A stretch of DNA of 61,847 nt from a virus (lineage: Duplodnaviria > Caudoviricetes): the IMG/VR virus record IMGVR_UViG_3300048587_000332, positions 1 to 61,847 of that record. The stretch is one strand, 5' to 3'. Position 1 is the first letter of the stretch. The number at the start of each line of letters is the position of its first letter. Made by a program: the position numbers and the translations under genes. This document shows positions 46,071 to 55,950 of this stretch, piece after piece. The notes under the pieces were generated by a model. That model saw only the letters and a program-made list of their open reading frames with translations, had not been told where the DNA came from and ran no database searches.

Positions 46071-47863
46071 AGCCCGCCTGTCCGCGAATAGTAGCTCTCT
46101 TCAGGCAAAGCCGGGTTCGCATAGGGATTCTCCAGCCCCTGTACGAGAGCATTAAATGCTTTCTGTGCCATGGTTTCGAAAGTCTCTCTCTCACGAATCC
46201 TCCCATAGAACGACTTATTCTGAAACTGGTCCGCGAGTGTATCCAAGATGTCGTCCGACACACCCTTCGGGAATTGCGTGAACTCCTGGTAAATGGCTTC
46301 CTTCACATCAGAGGGCAAGCCCTCCGAAAACCGTAGATCGCCTCGCCGCAACACTGGCTGCAACGTCAGCCGAATACGCTCCAGCTTACTCTTCTGGTTA
46401 TCCGGCTTGACGAAATCAAGCGGAATGGAGAAACGCTTCAGGTGCATCTCTCGCTCAAGGCCGAAGCGAAATCCGCGTGAGTAACTTGTCTCCTCAATGC
46501 GCACCACAATAGGTCGCCACTTAGCATATACCTCGAAGATCGCCGAAGCCAGTTCGTCCGGCTTCATCTTGTCTCGGCGCACATCCACCACATAACAGCG
46601 ATTGTTGGAGTCCCACCCGCACGTCGTCACTACCGAATAGTTACTATTCTCGTTCGTGGTTTCGGCTGTGTCCACCGTCGTCGCATAATATTCCATCGGA
46701 ATTTTGCGCACAATATCAGCGGGCACATACTGGACAACAGAAGCCGGAAAGTCGCTTGCCTCCGTATCTCCAACGGGATGATTGCGGTACTGTGAGTTGA
46801 ACTCGAACTTCGATTGCGCCGGGTCGTTCTCCATCTCCAGCAACGTATCTACCGGAACTCGCGCAGGCCACCAACTAATCGGCTTTCCGTCCGCATCCTT
46901 CAGGTCCGGCAGTTCCAACTCTTCGGGCAGAAAAGCATAGTCCTTAACGCCAGGGGGCAGCTTTTTCTTATAACACCCTCTAACATAGATACTCCAACTG
47001 CGCCGCTCGACCGGAAGCTGTTTCTGTCCGTCAATGATACGCCCGTATAAATCGTCGAAGTGGTACCGGGTTCCCTCCACGTCAATCCAGTATTGCGGCG
47101 ATACGAGAATAGGTCGAAACATACCGAACTTGTAGGCAATAGTATCACGGCGATCCTTGTTGGCGCTATTCTCCGACTCCACACAGTCCGTAAACTTGAG
47201 AATATCGAAGTGCATACCAGCAATCGTACTCTCAATAGACGACGTTCCCACCGAAGGTTCGCGCCGCGTCTTATTCGGACGGCTGGGCAAATAAAACTCC
47301 GAAGCATTCCCGAAGTGCTTCAACTCCTCTTCCGTAGGACATACGTCGGGAAACAACATCCGCAATTGTTCGTTCGTGGCGAAATGACTCTTAATGGTCA
47401 TCAGCACTTTCTGCGCGTGCCCCTCTTTCGCGTGAATGACCAGTATTCGCGCATCTGGATAATTAAGCAACCATTGGATGGTATGCGCTTCGACATTAGT
47501 GGACGTTTTAAGGCTGCCGCGAAAATCGAGTATTAGGCGTCTTCGAGGTCCTGGCAGATCAAGCATATTAGGAATCACCGGCTTATATGCCCACGACACA
47601 GAACCATCGGGCTTAACTACGGGCTTGTCATAATTGAACCACTCATTTTCTGCGGGCAGCGGAAACGTCTGCAAAGTGCGCACCAATCCGTAATGCACAT
47701 CAGGACGCACGTCTTTGTACCCAAGCACCTTATTACACAGGTAATACATATTGGTCCGCGCCAACCACCGTGCTTTGGCGATCTTCATAATCGCCTCGCG
47801 CTCCTCGGTGACCTGTTTGGTGCGTGCCTCACGCGGGTCTTTAACGTACAAATTCAGTGACAT
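46067..47863 (-). CDS. terL: Terminase large subunit
   Basis: FRGSLKTS Walker-A variant, GMHFD, GTRYHFDDLYG, RNase-H-like VDTA...YS, FPKGVSDDILD. Confidence 0.9.
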   Translation of the reverse strand: MSLNLYVKDPREARTKQVTEEREAIMKIAKARWLARTNMYYLCNKVLGYKDVRPDVHYGLVRTLQTFPLPAENEWFNYDKPVVKPDGSVSWAYKPVIPNMLDLPGPRRRLILDFRGSLKTSTNVEAHTIQWLLNYPDARILVIHAKEGHAQKVLMTIKSHFATNEQLRMLFPDVCPTEEELKHFGNASEFYLPSRPNKTRREPSVGTSSIESTIAGMHFDILKFTDCVESENSANKDRRDTIAYKFGMFRPILVSPQYWIDVEGTRYHFDDLYGRIIDGQKQLPVERRSWSIYVRGCYKKKLPPGVKDYAFLPEELELPDLKDADGKPISWWPARVPVDTLLEMENDPAQSKFEFNSQYRNHPVGDTEASDFPASVVQYVPADIVRKIPMEYYATTVDTAETTNENSNYSVVTTCGWDSNNRCYVVDVRRDKMKPDELASAIFEVYAKWRPIVVRIEETSYSRGFRFGLEREMHLKRFSIPLDFVKPDNQKSKLERIRLTLQPVLRRGDLRFSEGLPSDVKEAIYQEFTQFPKGVSDDILDTLADQFQNKSFYGRIRERETFETMAQKAFNALVQGLENPYANPALPEESYYSRTGGL

Positions 47864-48281
47864 ACAGCCCTTTCGGATCGTAAAATCTCAGATCATATTG
47901 CCACCGCTTGCCCTTCCGGCAAACGTGCAATATGCCCATTAGATGCTCCTCCCATCCGTACTCGTAATCAAATAAAGAAGGAACGGCTTCGCAACTATAT
48001 AATTCCGGCTCCGCTTCGGGATGAGTATGAACAGATCCTAAAAGCTTTAACCCCAAAACATTGGAAATATATTCTGCGGCGCATTGAGATTCAGCGCTTA
48101 CCGCTATAGTTTCTGGAGTTGCTTTTACTACATCAGAGCCTTCGGCTATATACATAGTTTGTACGTGGATAACTTCATTTTCTACAGTACCAAATAAATA
48201 GCCTAACATCTCATTCGGAAACGCTTCTCTCGCCTTCTTGCGCAAGTGCTTCCAAACAATCTCCGCCACTTTGACCGTCAC
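47841..48281 (-). CDS. JAB/MPN (JAMM) metalloprotease
   Basis: FPNEMLGYL ... GSVHTHP ... PSLFD; GGAG SD with GTG start. Confidence 0.8.
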   Translation of the reverse strand: MTVKVAEIVWKHLRKKAREAFPNEMLGYLFGTVENEVIHVQTMYIAEGSDVVKATPETIAVSAESQCAAEYISNVLGLKLLGSVHTHPEAEPELYSCEAVPSLFDYEYGWEEHLMGILHVCRKGKRWQYDLRFYDPKGLYVTEFVR

Positions 48282-48289
48282 AAAGTCTC

Positions 48290-51200
48290 CTAATTGACAA
48301 TTACATTCTGCGTCGCTCTCGCCAGCACAGCCGACGAAGCATTCAAATACTCGATCAGCACCGTTTGCCCGCCTGCGCGAAAGTCGCTGGTCACGCTGCA
48401 CGCCACCGCCTGGCAGGTATTCGTCACCGCCACGCCGCTCGCGTTGGTCGCCGTGATGCGGATGCGGTCGCCATACGCCAGCGGAGATCCCACCTGCACG
48501 GTCAGCGTGCGATTCTCCGCGGGTGCAGGGCCTCCTAGTCGCGCCGCTGGCCAGGTTGAGCCGCCACCCATGCCGTAGGCTTGCCCGAGCGCCTTTTGCC
48601 GGGCATCGTCGCCGGTTGCGCCGCCATCCTCCGGCTGGGCCATATAGGCGACATATTTGCCATCACCGGCCAGAGGCGCGGCATATCCGGGCCGGGAATA
48701 AATCAACCGATAGTATTCGTCGCCGCGGGTTTTATCGGCTGGATTGAGCGTGTGCAGATAGTAGGCCGTGAAGGCGTCAACGCCCTCCATGGAGTAATCG
48801 CGCTCCACGTTGTATGGTCCTGCAAGATCGAAGTCGCAGATCGTCTTTACCGTTGGGTCTCGGGGGCCGCAAGTAGGCATCGAGTCGAAATACGGCTGTC
48901 CCAAACTTAGAGGATCCAAATTGTCGAAGTTCAACGTGAGCAGACTCCCCACCAGTGTCCAATAGTTCGCCGCCATGGTTGGTTCGTCGGCTTCGAGGGC
49001 TTTCGCCGCCGCCACGTAAGCATTGGCGCGAAGTTCGTCCATGAACGGCTGCCGCGCCCACGGCGAATATATGCTGTATTTGTTAGCAGCAAGCAATCGC
49101 CGATAGACGTTCCCGCCGCTGGTATCGCCCGCGAACGGCTTGTGTAGGCGAATCTGGGTACCGCTCTCCACCGTGCAGGCGTAGGCGTCGTTCAGTTCGA
49201 ATGCGCGTGGCGATTTCACCGCGCCCGCGCTGGTCACTCCCTCGAAGTGCTGGATCGGATACCCCACGTCGCCCTCGACGTAGAATCGCGTAATCGCCCC
49301 GGCATCGCCTCGCCACGGGAATTCGAGCGTGGCGCTTGTGGCGGTTGGGGTTGGCGTTCCCGCGATCCGGTCAATCTCCATGTGCGGTTGCCCACCGCGC
49401 AAGCCAACCAGCATGATGTTTTTCCCGCCCGTCCCCACCCAGTTCGTGCCCGTGCCTGTGAGCACGGTCCCACCCACGTTCACCGTAGCCGAGCCGCCCG
49501 GCTGGAACGGAGTGCCGCAATAATCGCTCCCGATGTTTGGGCCGGAATAGAGCGTCATCAGATCCGAGCCGTTGGTAGCTTGCCAAACTCGGGCGGTGTC
49601 TTGAAAATTCGGATAGAACGAATAATATCCGCCATTCGGGTAGCGGTTCGGAATGGCCTGGAGATTATAGTGCGTAATCAGCTTCGCACGGAAGTCCGAC
49701 CGAGTAGTTGGATTCGGGTGATATTTAGCGATGATAGCCGCCGCCCAAACACAATAGGCATCTTCGCGTTGGTCGTTTGGCTGGTCTCTCGTGACATCCG
49801 TGAGACACCCAAGGATGCGATTCGTAATCATGGGCCAGGGGTCCTTCCCCTCCCAGATTTCCGGCATCAGTGTGGCCGCGAGTGTGACGCTTACGGTTGG
49901 CTCGGAGCGTCCCACCCACTGAGCGAAATAGGGATTACGAAATTGAACCTTGGCCATATACTGAGCCGCCCGCAGCATGGCGATGTCTCCGCTTCGATAC
50001 CAAGCTCGAAAATAAGCAAGACCAGTATCGTAGTAACCAATCGACATAGCATTGGATGCCGTCCAGTTCCCCATGTTACCTTGCTGTCCGAAAAACAGAC
50101 CCCATCGAATCCCTGGAGCGGCTACGGTGATATCTCTCTCGGATTCCAAGTATGGTTCGGCGGTGATTTCCGTATCGCTGACGCAGCTTCGCACTCGCTG
50201 AGCTAAAGGTCTCGGAATTCCGCCAACTCCCCCATAGGCCGGAGAAACGACATCGGGCACGAGCCAAAACACGGCATCCACCGGAGACAACGCTCCGGGG
50301 GTTCCGCCGCAAAACAGGCTCAGCCATTGAGTGCCAACGCCATGCAGCGTGCGCGTATATGGCCACGTGGGATTCACTTCGTCCCACCAGATTGTCCCGG
50401 CAATCGGAACGCCCAGTATGTCGTCGCGCAGGTTCGGCAACTGCACGTATCCGCCATTGACCTTATAGTCCATCGCCAAGTCATGCGTGAGCGTGTACTG
50501 CGTTTGATCCGCGTAGGCCCAGGGATTTTGCCCACGCACATGCTGAGGCCCTAGGAGATCGTCCAGCCGGGCGTCCGGGTAAATCACGATGCCGTTGTCG
50601 TCGTAGGCGACCGCCCCAATGTCGGTGTCAAGCGAAGCCTTTTGTCCGGTTGAGTCCGTCACGGCCAGACGGAACTTATATGAACCGAAAACCAGGCCCG
50701 TGAGCGTGGGCGTGCAACTGTTGCGGTTGTCGAATACGGCTTGCGACGGGCCATCCAGTTGCTGCCAGAGACACGCAACATCGGCGGAAGCATCCACCAT
50801 CGAGTAGCTATTGGACACAAGTTGCCCAGGATGACCGGCGCGCAGCGGGATGAAGTTCGCCCAATAGGGCGTGTTCGCGGAAGTGGGCTTCGAGTAGGCA
50901 AGTTGCGCCGGGCTCGACTCGAACGTCAATCCGGTGATGCTATTGAGGTTGCGCCCGTTGCCGCTACTATCGTTGCCGTTGCCGTCAAACTTCAACTCCA
51001 GGCCATCGCCCGAATCCGCCGTGACGGGAGGGCGGGAGCGCAGCGGAACCAGAGTCGAAAAGACGCGCAGGAAGCCCAGCTTCGCGCCCCCGTCGGGGAT
51101 CGGCCAGAGTTCTCCGCCCGCGTTGCCCCAGGCGTTCGCGCTGGTAATCGCGAGCCGGTCGATGAAGTAGTTGCTGCCATCGACTTCCCATATCTCGCAA

Positions 51201-51553
51201 CTGTAGGTCATCGCGGCGTAGTCGCGCTGAATCCGCACCAGGGAATTCGTTCGCCCTTCCATCGCGATGATGCAGGGCTCGGCGGGGGAAACGGAATCTC
51301 GCGAAGTCTGAATCCAAAGCCCCTGCCCACCGTAGGGCGTAGCGGTGATTTTCAGGCCGACGCCAAGTAGCTTGACCAGATCGCTCGTGGCGGTTGGAGC
51401 GGAGAAGCCGTGAAGTTGAAACTCCACGCGCCAGCTTGCGGTCGTGGCGAGGTTAGGATCGGCGAACGTGCGCGTCGAGGGAATCGGCCAAGAGAGCGAT
51501 TGCCCACCGAAGAGCGAAGCAGCGAGCAAGCAAGTCAAGAATAGTACACGCAT
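48290..51553 (-). CDS. Large tail-associated / carbohydrate-active-like protein (1087 aa) with signal-peptide-like N-terminus
   Basis: LamG-like FDGNGNDSSGNGRN, PKD-like WQQLDGP...YKFRLAVTD, helical C-terminal region. Confidence 0.6.
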   Translation of the reverse strand: MRVLFLTCLLAASLFGGQSLSWPIPSTRTFADPNLATTASWRVEFQLHGFSAPTATSDLVKLLGVGLKITATPYGGQGLWIQTSRDSVSPAEPCIIAMEGRTNSLVRIQRDYAAMTYSCEIWEVDGSNYFIDRLAITSANAWGNAGGELWPIPDGGAKLGFLRVFSTLVPLRSRPPVTADSGDGLELKFDGNGNDSSGNGRNLNSITGLTFESSPAQLAYSKPTSANTPYWANFIPLRAGHPGQLVSNSYSMVDASADVACLWQQLDGPSQAVFDNRNSCTPTLTGLVFGSYKFRLAVTDSTGQKASLDTDIGAVAYDDNGIVIYPDARLDDLLGPQHVRGQNPWAYADQTQYTLTHDLAMDYKVNGGYVQLPNLRDDILGVPIAGTIWWDEVNPTWPYTRTLHGVGTQWLSLFCGGTPGALSPVDAVFWLVPDVVSPAYGGVGGIPRPLAQRVRSCVSDTEITAEPYLESERDITVAAPGIRWGLFFGQQGNMGNWTASNAMSIGYYDTGLAYFRAWYRSGDIAMLRAAQYMAKVQFRNPYFAQWVGRSEPTVSVTLAATLMPEIWEGKDPWPMITNRILGCLTDVTRDQPNDQREDAYCVWAAAIIAKYHPNPTTRSDFRAKLITHYNLQAIPNRYPNGGYYSFYPNFQDTARVWQATNGSDLMTLYSGPNIGSDYCGTPFQPGGSATVNVGGTVLTGTGTNWVGTGGKNIMLVGLRGGQPHMEIDRIAGTPTPTATSATLEFPWRGDAGAITRFYVEGDVGYPIQHFEGVTSAGAVKSPRAFELNDAYACTVESGTQIRLHKPFAGDTSGGNVYRRLLAANKYSIYSPWARQPFMDELRANAYVAAAKALEADEPTMAANYWTLVGSLLTLNFDNLDPLSLGQPYFDSMPTCGPRDPTVKTICDFDLAGPYNVERDYSMEGVDAFTAYYLHTLNPADKTRGDEYYRLIYSRPGYAAPLAGDGKYVAYMAQPEDGGATGDDARQKALGQAYGMGGGSTWPAARLGGPAPAENRTLTVQVGSPLAYGDRIRITATNASGVAVTNTCQAVACSVTSDFRAGGQTVLIEYLNASSAVLARATQNVIVN

Positions 51554-51567
51554 CGCGTTAATCCCCT

Positions 51568-53757
51568 TTATCGTGTGAGCGTGCTCATGCCTGCATAGAA
51601 GTCGATATCAATCGACCGCGCCGCCGCTGAGTTGGTCTTCACGTAGATGCCCGGCGAAATAGCGGTATCGGGCAGCGTCGAGTTGATGTTCGAGGATGTG
51701 GTGGAATTGACGCGGATCTTCACATAGCCGGACGTGTCGCTGATGATCCGCACCTTCACCCACGCATTTGCCACAAACGCCACGCCAGAGTCCGTACGCG
51801 TAGGAGTCGATCCATACGATGTGCAGAACATCCAGTTCGTATCGATGGCGGAATCGTAGGCGAGGTAGATGCCTTCGTCAGAATCGAAGTCGCCTTTGAG
51901 AAAGCCAATCGCGTACTTGCCGCCCGCGTCCACGGGGCGTACAACGAACAAGTGATCTTGAGCACCATTGGCCGCGTCCGTATAAGTGAACCCGCCGGAG
52001 GTCCCTCCGTTACCTTCCAGCCCCAGGAATTGCCAGTTGCCGCTGGTAGCCGTCGTGGTGATACGAAAAATCCCCGGATGATTAGACTCAGAGGCCACCA
52101 CTCCATAAGTGCCTGTGGCTGACCCAGTGGATCGCCACTGCAACTCGCTCCAAAATCCTGGGTTCGCGCCGGTGCCGCCGCCGAAGAAGTCGTCGCGCAG
52201 GAACACCTTCGTTTGATCCATCCAGTCGGTAGACATGCCACCACCGCTATCACCTTGAGCCGTCCAGGTGTTCGTGGCTGTGCAAACAAGCCACTGCGAA
52301 CTAGCTGTTGCGTCGGTGTCAATGAACGTCTCTCCCACGGCGCACGTGGCGGGAGGCGTGGTCCCGGTTTTCGAGGGCTTGGTCGATGTCTTCCCGGAAA
52401 GATCGAGTGTAGAGCTTAATGCAAACGTCGGATTGCCGCTCACCCCGTCCCCATTCGTCACGCCGATTTCATTGGATGTGCCCGTGAGGGTTCGGGCTGT
52501 GGATGTGTTGAGCGCCGTGCGTGCCATCATCCCATTCGCACCAGGATCGCCCATGCCGCCGCCTCCAGAACCAACCACTCCCATACGCCACACGGAGCCG
52601 TCGTAACGCAACGGTACCTGTCTGCCAGCCACAAGCGCAGACGCGCCAGGGTCCGTTGTGCCATCCGATTGCTTCACGTTTCTGCTACCGAGGGCATCCA
52701 CGTTGAGCGTGATCGCGCCCGCGCTCGAAGACACGTCCGGCTCAAACTCAATCACCGCGCCATCGGTATACGCCGTGAGCGTGGGCGACATCGCGCACGT
52801 GTAATTCGCGCCGCTTGCGCTGGCTGGCACACAACGCAAATCGCTTCCGGCTTGCGCTTGCGCCCGGCCAAGCATCACGGCTGTGTCCGCAGCAAAAGTC
52901 GGATTGCCACCGACACCGCTGCCATTCGTGACTACGACGCCTGTCCCCGCTGTAAGCGTCCGTGCCGTGGTGGTATTGAGCGCCGTGCGCACAACCACGC
53001 CGTTCGCGCCGGGATCGCCCAGGCCGCCGCCACCACCCGAACCCCCGAGCGCCACATAAGCGCTCCCGTTGTAGCGGCAGAGAGCCGCCGCCGATCCGCC
53101 GCCCGTGGTGCAATCCGAGGCGTTCGCCGCGTCGGTAAACACTACAACCAGCCCCGTATAGGGCGATGCCGGAGGACTCGCGATGGTATGGGACGGAATC
53201 GGCAGCACCCATGCGGAGTTGGTTCCGTCCGTGCCGAGCACGTACCGAGTCTTGCCGCTCTGACTAGGGACGAGGGCATCAATCGCCCCTTGCGCCGTCG
53301 TCTGGCCCGTGCCGCCCTGGGCAATTGCCAGTTGCCCGCTGGTGATATCTCCCGCCGCGTGCGTATGCGACGCCGCGGCCTTGCCGTCGATCTGGCCCTG
53401 AATGCCGGACGTAACTCCCGACAAATACCCCAACTCCGTGGAGGTCACACTTGACACCGCTACATTCCCGCTACCGTCGCTCTGCAAAGCGCGGCTAGCG
53501 GTAAGCCCACTAATAGCGCCGCTTGAAAGAGTCCACGTATTCGTCGCCGTACACACATAAACATTCTGCCCAGCAGTCGCGTCCGAATCGAAAAACGCAT
53601 CCCCCACGCTACAGGTAGCAGGCAAAGACGTGCCAATCACCCAAGGTTTGATAAATGCGTGAGTCGAAAAATCCGCGTTCCGGGACTGTGATTTGAGATC
53701 CAATTGCTGACCGAGCGCCAGCGAAACGGCAAAAAGGAGGGCAAAAATGTAGCGCAT
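51568..53757 (-). CDS. Tail fibre-like protein (729 aa) with duplicated modules
   Basis: VTSTELGYLSGVTSGIQGQID, HTHAAGDI and QGGTG fibre motifs; two PATC.VG and two GDPGANG modules. Confidence 0.7.
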   Translation of the reverse strand: MRYIFALLFAVSLALGQQLDLKSQSRNADFSTHAFIKPWVIGTSLPATCSVGDAFFDSDATAGQNVYVCTATNTWTLSSGAISGLTASRALQSDGSGNVAVSSVTSTELGYLSGVTSGIQGQIDGKAAASHTHAAGDITSGQLAIAQGGTGQTTAQGAIDALVPSQSGKTRYVLGTDGTNSAWVLPIPSHTIASPPASPYTGLVVVFTDAANASDCTTGGGSAAALCRYNGSAYVALGGSGGGGGLGDPGANGVVVRTALNTTTARTLTAGTGVVVTNGSGVGGNPTFAADTAVMLGRAQAQAGSDLRCVPASASGANYTCAMSPTLTAYTDGAVIEFEPDVSSSAGAITLNVDALGSRNVKQSDGTTDPGASALVAGRQVPLRYDGSVWRMGVVGSGGGGMGDPGANGMMARTALNTSTARTLTGTSNEIGVTNGDGVSGNPTFALSSTLDLSGKTSTKPSKTGTTPPATCAVGETFIDTDATASSQWLVCTATNTWTAQGDSGGGMSTDWMDQTKVFLRDDFFGGGTGANPGFWSELQWRSTGSATGTYGVVASESNHPGIFRITTTATSGNWQFLGLEGNGGTSGGFTYTDAANGAQDHLFVVRPVDAGGKYAIGFLKGDFDSDEGIYLAYDSAIDTNWMFCTSYGSTPTRTDSGVAFVANAWVKVRIISDTSGYVKIRVNSTTSSNINSTLPDTAISPGIYVKTNSAAARSIDIDFYAGMSTLTR

Positions 53758-53843
53758 AGTGGGGATGTGCCTCTCCCTCTATTTTACCAAATGCAAAGGG
53801 AGGGCTAACGCCCTCCCTTATTTAGAATTCTAAGCTACTCTTT

Positions 53844-54212
53844 CTAAATCAAGCGACTACCAAACCGGACCTTTATTGTCTTCGCACTCACCTGATTGAC
53901 CGCAACTTCGCTGGCCGTATTAAAGCTGGTCAGCTTAATCGACTTTGAAGTACCTGTAAGTTCCTTCTCCGGCACCGCATACCAACCTGCGGCTGACGTG
54001 CTAATCCCGGCTACGCCCACCAATGCCCCTGCGGAGGTTCGGAGGGGTGCATAAGTACTTCCCGTCACCCATCCATCAAACCCCAACCTAGCGGCTGTCC
54101 ATCCGCTCGGGATATAGACTGCCACAATCGGCCCGGACACATTCTTAGCCGCCGAGATCGCCGCACCTGCCGGAATCGTCAGTTCAACTTCTTGATAATC
54201 TTCTACCGGCAT
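53844..54212 (-). CDS. Small beta-rich virion protein
   Basis: TIPAG..IS...PSGWTAA.L.F; GGAGG SD. Confidence 0.65.
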   Translation of the reverse strand: MPVEDYQEVELTIPAGAAISAAKNVSGPIVAVYIPSGWTAARLGFDGWVTGSTYAPLRTSAGALVGVAGISTSAAGWYAVPEKELTGTSKSIKLTSFNTASEVAVNQVSAKTIKVRFGSRLI

Positions 54213-54221
54213 AGCGCCTCC

Positions 54222-54503
54222 TTACGGAATGTAGACAAAGATGTCCTGAGCGGCATCATTGATCGGCGTGCCGGTCAAATTCCCGAAAACCACCGAAAGC
54301 GTGTTGTTGGCGCTCACCCAAGCGTGAGAAATCACCAAACCAGCCGCCAAACTCGGAGCGGTCACAATCGGGAACATATTCGTCCGCAGCCCGTCAATCG
54401 TAAACGTCTGAGCCGCCGACGTATTCGCCGCCACCTCAGCCGGGTTGACGTTCGCCGTCAGCATCTTCGTAAACGGAACAGATCCAATCTTCGGTTGAGC
54501 CAT
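54222..54503 (-). CDS. Small beta-rich virion / decoration protein
   Basis: PAEVAANTSAAQTFTI.GL...VSANNTL; late-type promoter at 54527-54535. Confidence 0.65.
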   Translation of the reverse strand: MAQPKIGSVPFTKMLTANVNPAEVAANTSAAQTFTIDGLRTNMFPIVTAPSLAAGLVISHAWVSANNTLSVVFGNLTGTPINDAAQDIFVYIP

Positions 54504-54546
54504 AGTGCAGGTTCCTCCCTCTTTCTATTGTAACATTCAAAATCTA

Positions 54547-54612
54547 TGCTAAACTAGTTGTAGACACCCCCGACAGCCGCGAGCGTCCGCGCTCCGGTTG
54601 TCTGGGGTTTTT
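54547..54612 (+). ncRNA. Promoter + hairpin small-RNA unit E7
   Basis: TGCTAAACT-AGTTGTAGAC, hairpin ACCCC-C-GACAGCCG-C-GAGCG(TCCG)CGCTC-CGGTTGTC-T-GGGGT, then TTTT; no co-directional gene follows. Confidence 0.65.
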
Positions 54613-54643
54613 GAGCATTTGGGGCTTTGTCTGCGTGGTTCAC

Positions 54644-54850
54644 TTATTTGGCGGGGGTCGGAGGCCGAAGAATGGCCAGCAGAGCGCCGCCGAAACCCGC
54701 GGCAATCGAGCCGACCTGGCCCTGAAGCTGCTCGCTCTCCGGCACCCAAACCTTGATCGCCACTTCCGCCGCGAAAAACACCAGACAAAGGGCGCTCATC
54801 GTAAAAATCTTAGCGCCTTCGCCTTCCAACCACTCGGTAAATTTACTCAC
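54644..54850 (-). CDS. Two-TM holin-like protein
   Basis: Two hydrophobic segments; in the lysis cluster. Confidence 0.5.
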   Translation of the reverse strand: MSKFTEWLEGEGAKIFTMSALCLVFFAAEVAIKVWVPESEQLQGQVGSIAAGFGGALLAILRPPTPAK

Positions 54851-55082
54851 GAGCTTCGCTCCCTTTCGGCGGCTCCTCGTTGATGGCGATGCTGGCGTTG
54901 GCCCACATCACTGCCTGTTGAATGTGTGTCAGAGCAGTTGACTTCTCCCGCGATTCGGGACACGCATCCTGCACTAAGTGCGCGAACTCTTTGGCGGCTT
55001 GCCTAATCTTGACGTACCTTTCCGGCTGGTCCCCAAAGGGGGCGCGGTAGGTAAAAATTCGATTGATCTGTTCGTTAGTCAC
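54843..55082 (-). CDS. Acb2/Tad1-family signal-sponge-like protein
   Basis: FTYRAP...Q.ERY..IR...CPESREKSTALTHIQQAVMWANASIA. Confidence 0.7.
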   Translation of the reverse strand: MTNEQINRIFTYRAPFGDQPERYVKIRQAAKEFAHLVQDACPESREKSTALTHIQQAVMWANASIAINEEPPKGSEARE

Positions 55083-55620
55083 TGATTAGCTCCTTCAAAG
55101 GTGTTTCCATGATCGTCTTGCGGTCGAGACCGCAGCGCTCGCCCACGAACTGCGCGTAAGTGTACGGCTCGTTGCCGTCCGAAGACGGCGCGTACACCTG
55201 GAACATGCCGAGCATCGAAGGCGACTTCCCATTCGTGTACTTCCCGTCAATGTACTGGCCGATCAGTGCCTCCAACACCCTGCGCCCCTCGGCGCAAGCC
55301 GAACGGACGCGCTCTGCGGGGCGTTTTGCCATTTCGCTTAGAATTTTATCTAAGGTTTGGCGGCGGACCGCTTTGGACGCCGACCGGGTGGGACGGCGCG
55401 GCATGAGAGGCTCTGTAGCTCCCGTGCGGTTCAACTCCCATTGATAGAAGTCGATGTAGCCGTAAGCGGTCGGGTGCTTGGCGCTCCAGCGGCGAACGTT
55501 GCCGGGGTTGCAAAGCTGCTGCGGGACGGTCGGAAAGTCGGGGTGCCCCGGCTTGGCGTGGTACCCCTCCTTAATTTCGATGGCATCCGCCATCAGCGAA
55601 ATAAGATCTTGTCGGGTCAT
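55075..55620 (-). CDS. Putative endolysin (lysozyme-like)
   Basis: AI...EG, CNPGNVR, GYIDF, YAPSSDGNEP..YA.FV. Confidence 0.55.
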   Translation of the reverse strand: MTRQDLISLMADAIEIKEGYHAKPGHPDFPTVPQQLCNPGNVRRWSAKHPTAYGYIDFYQWELNRTGATEPLMPRRPTRSASKAVRRQTLDKILSEMAKRPAERVRSACAEGRRVLEALIGQYIDGKYTNGKSPSMLGMFQVYAPSSDGNEPYTYAQFVGERCGLDRKTIMETPLKELISD

Positions 55621-55639
55621 TGGCGTGCTCGTCGCGCCG

Positions 55640-55915
55640 TTAAGCGGCGCTCTTTTTGCGAAAGGTGCCGATGGCATTGAAAACGCCAACAACAATGTCA
55701 ATGATAGGGGTAGCAAGGTTGACCACGAAATCGGCAGAGAACTTGCCCTTCACGCCAGGGATAGACCCAACTACTTCAACGAGGGATTTGAGCGCGTCGA
55801 GCGCAAGCTGCTTCTTCTCAGACCCAGGAAGCTCCTCGGTTTCGACGGTCTTAACAATGCGCTCCAGGAGTTCCCAGAGAACGGGGATCAAAGCGAAAAT
55901 CTGCAAAAAGGCCAT
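55640..55915 (-). CDS. Holin-like / lysis-associated protein
   Basis: PGSEKKQLAL...IIDIVVGVFNAIGTF with a basic tail. Confidence 0.55.
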   Translation of the reverse strand: MAFLQIFALIPVLWELLERIVKTVETEELPGSEKKQLALDALKSLVEVVGSIPGVKGKFSADFVVNLATPIIDIVVGVFNAIGTFRKKSAA

Positions 55916-55950
55916 AGGTTCAGTCTCCTACAACCATTTTAGCATTTCGG

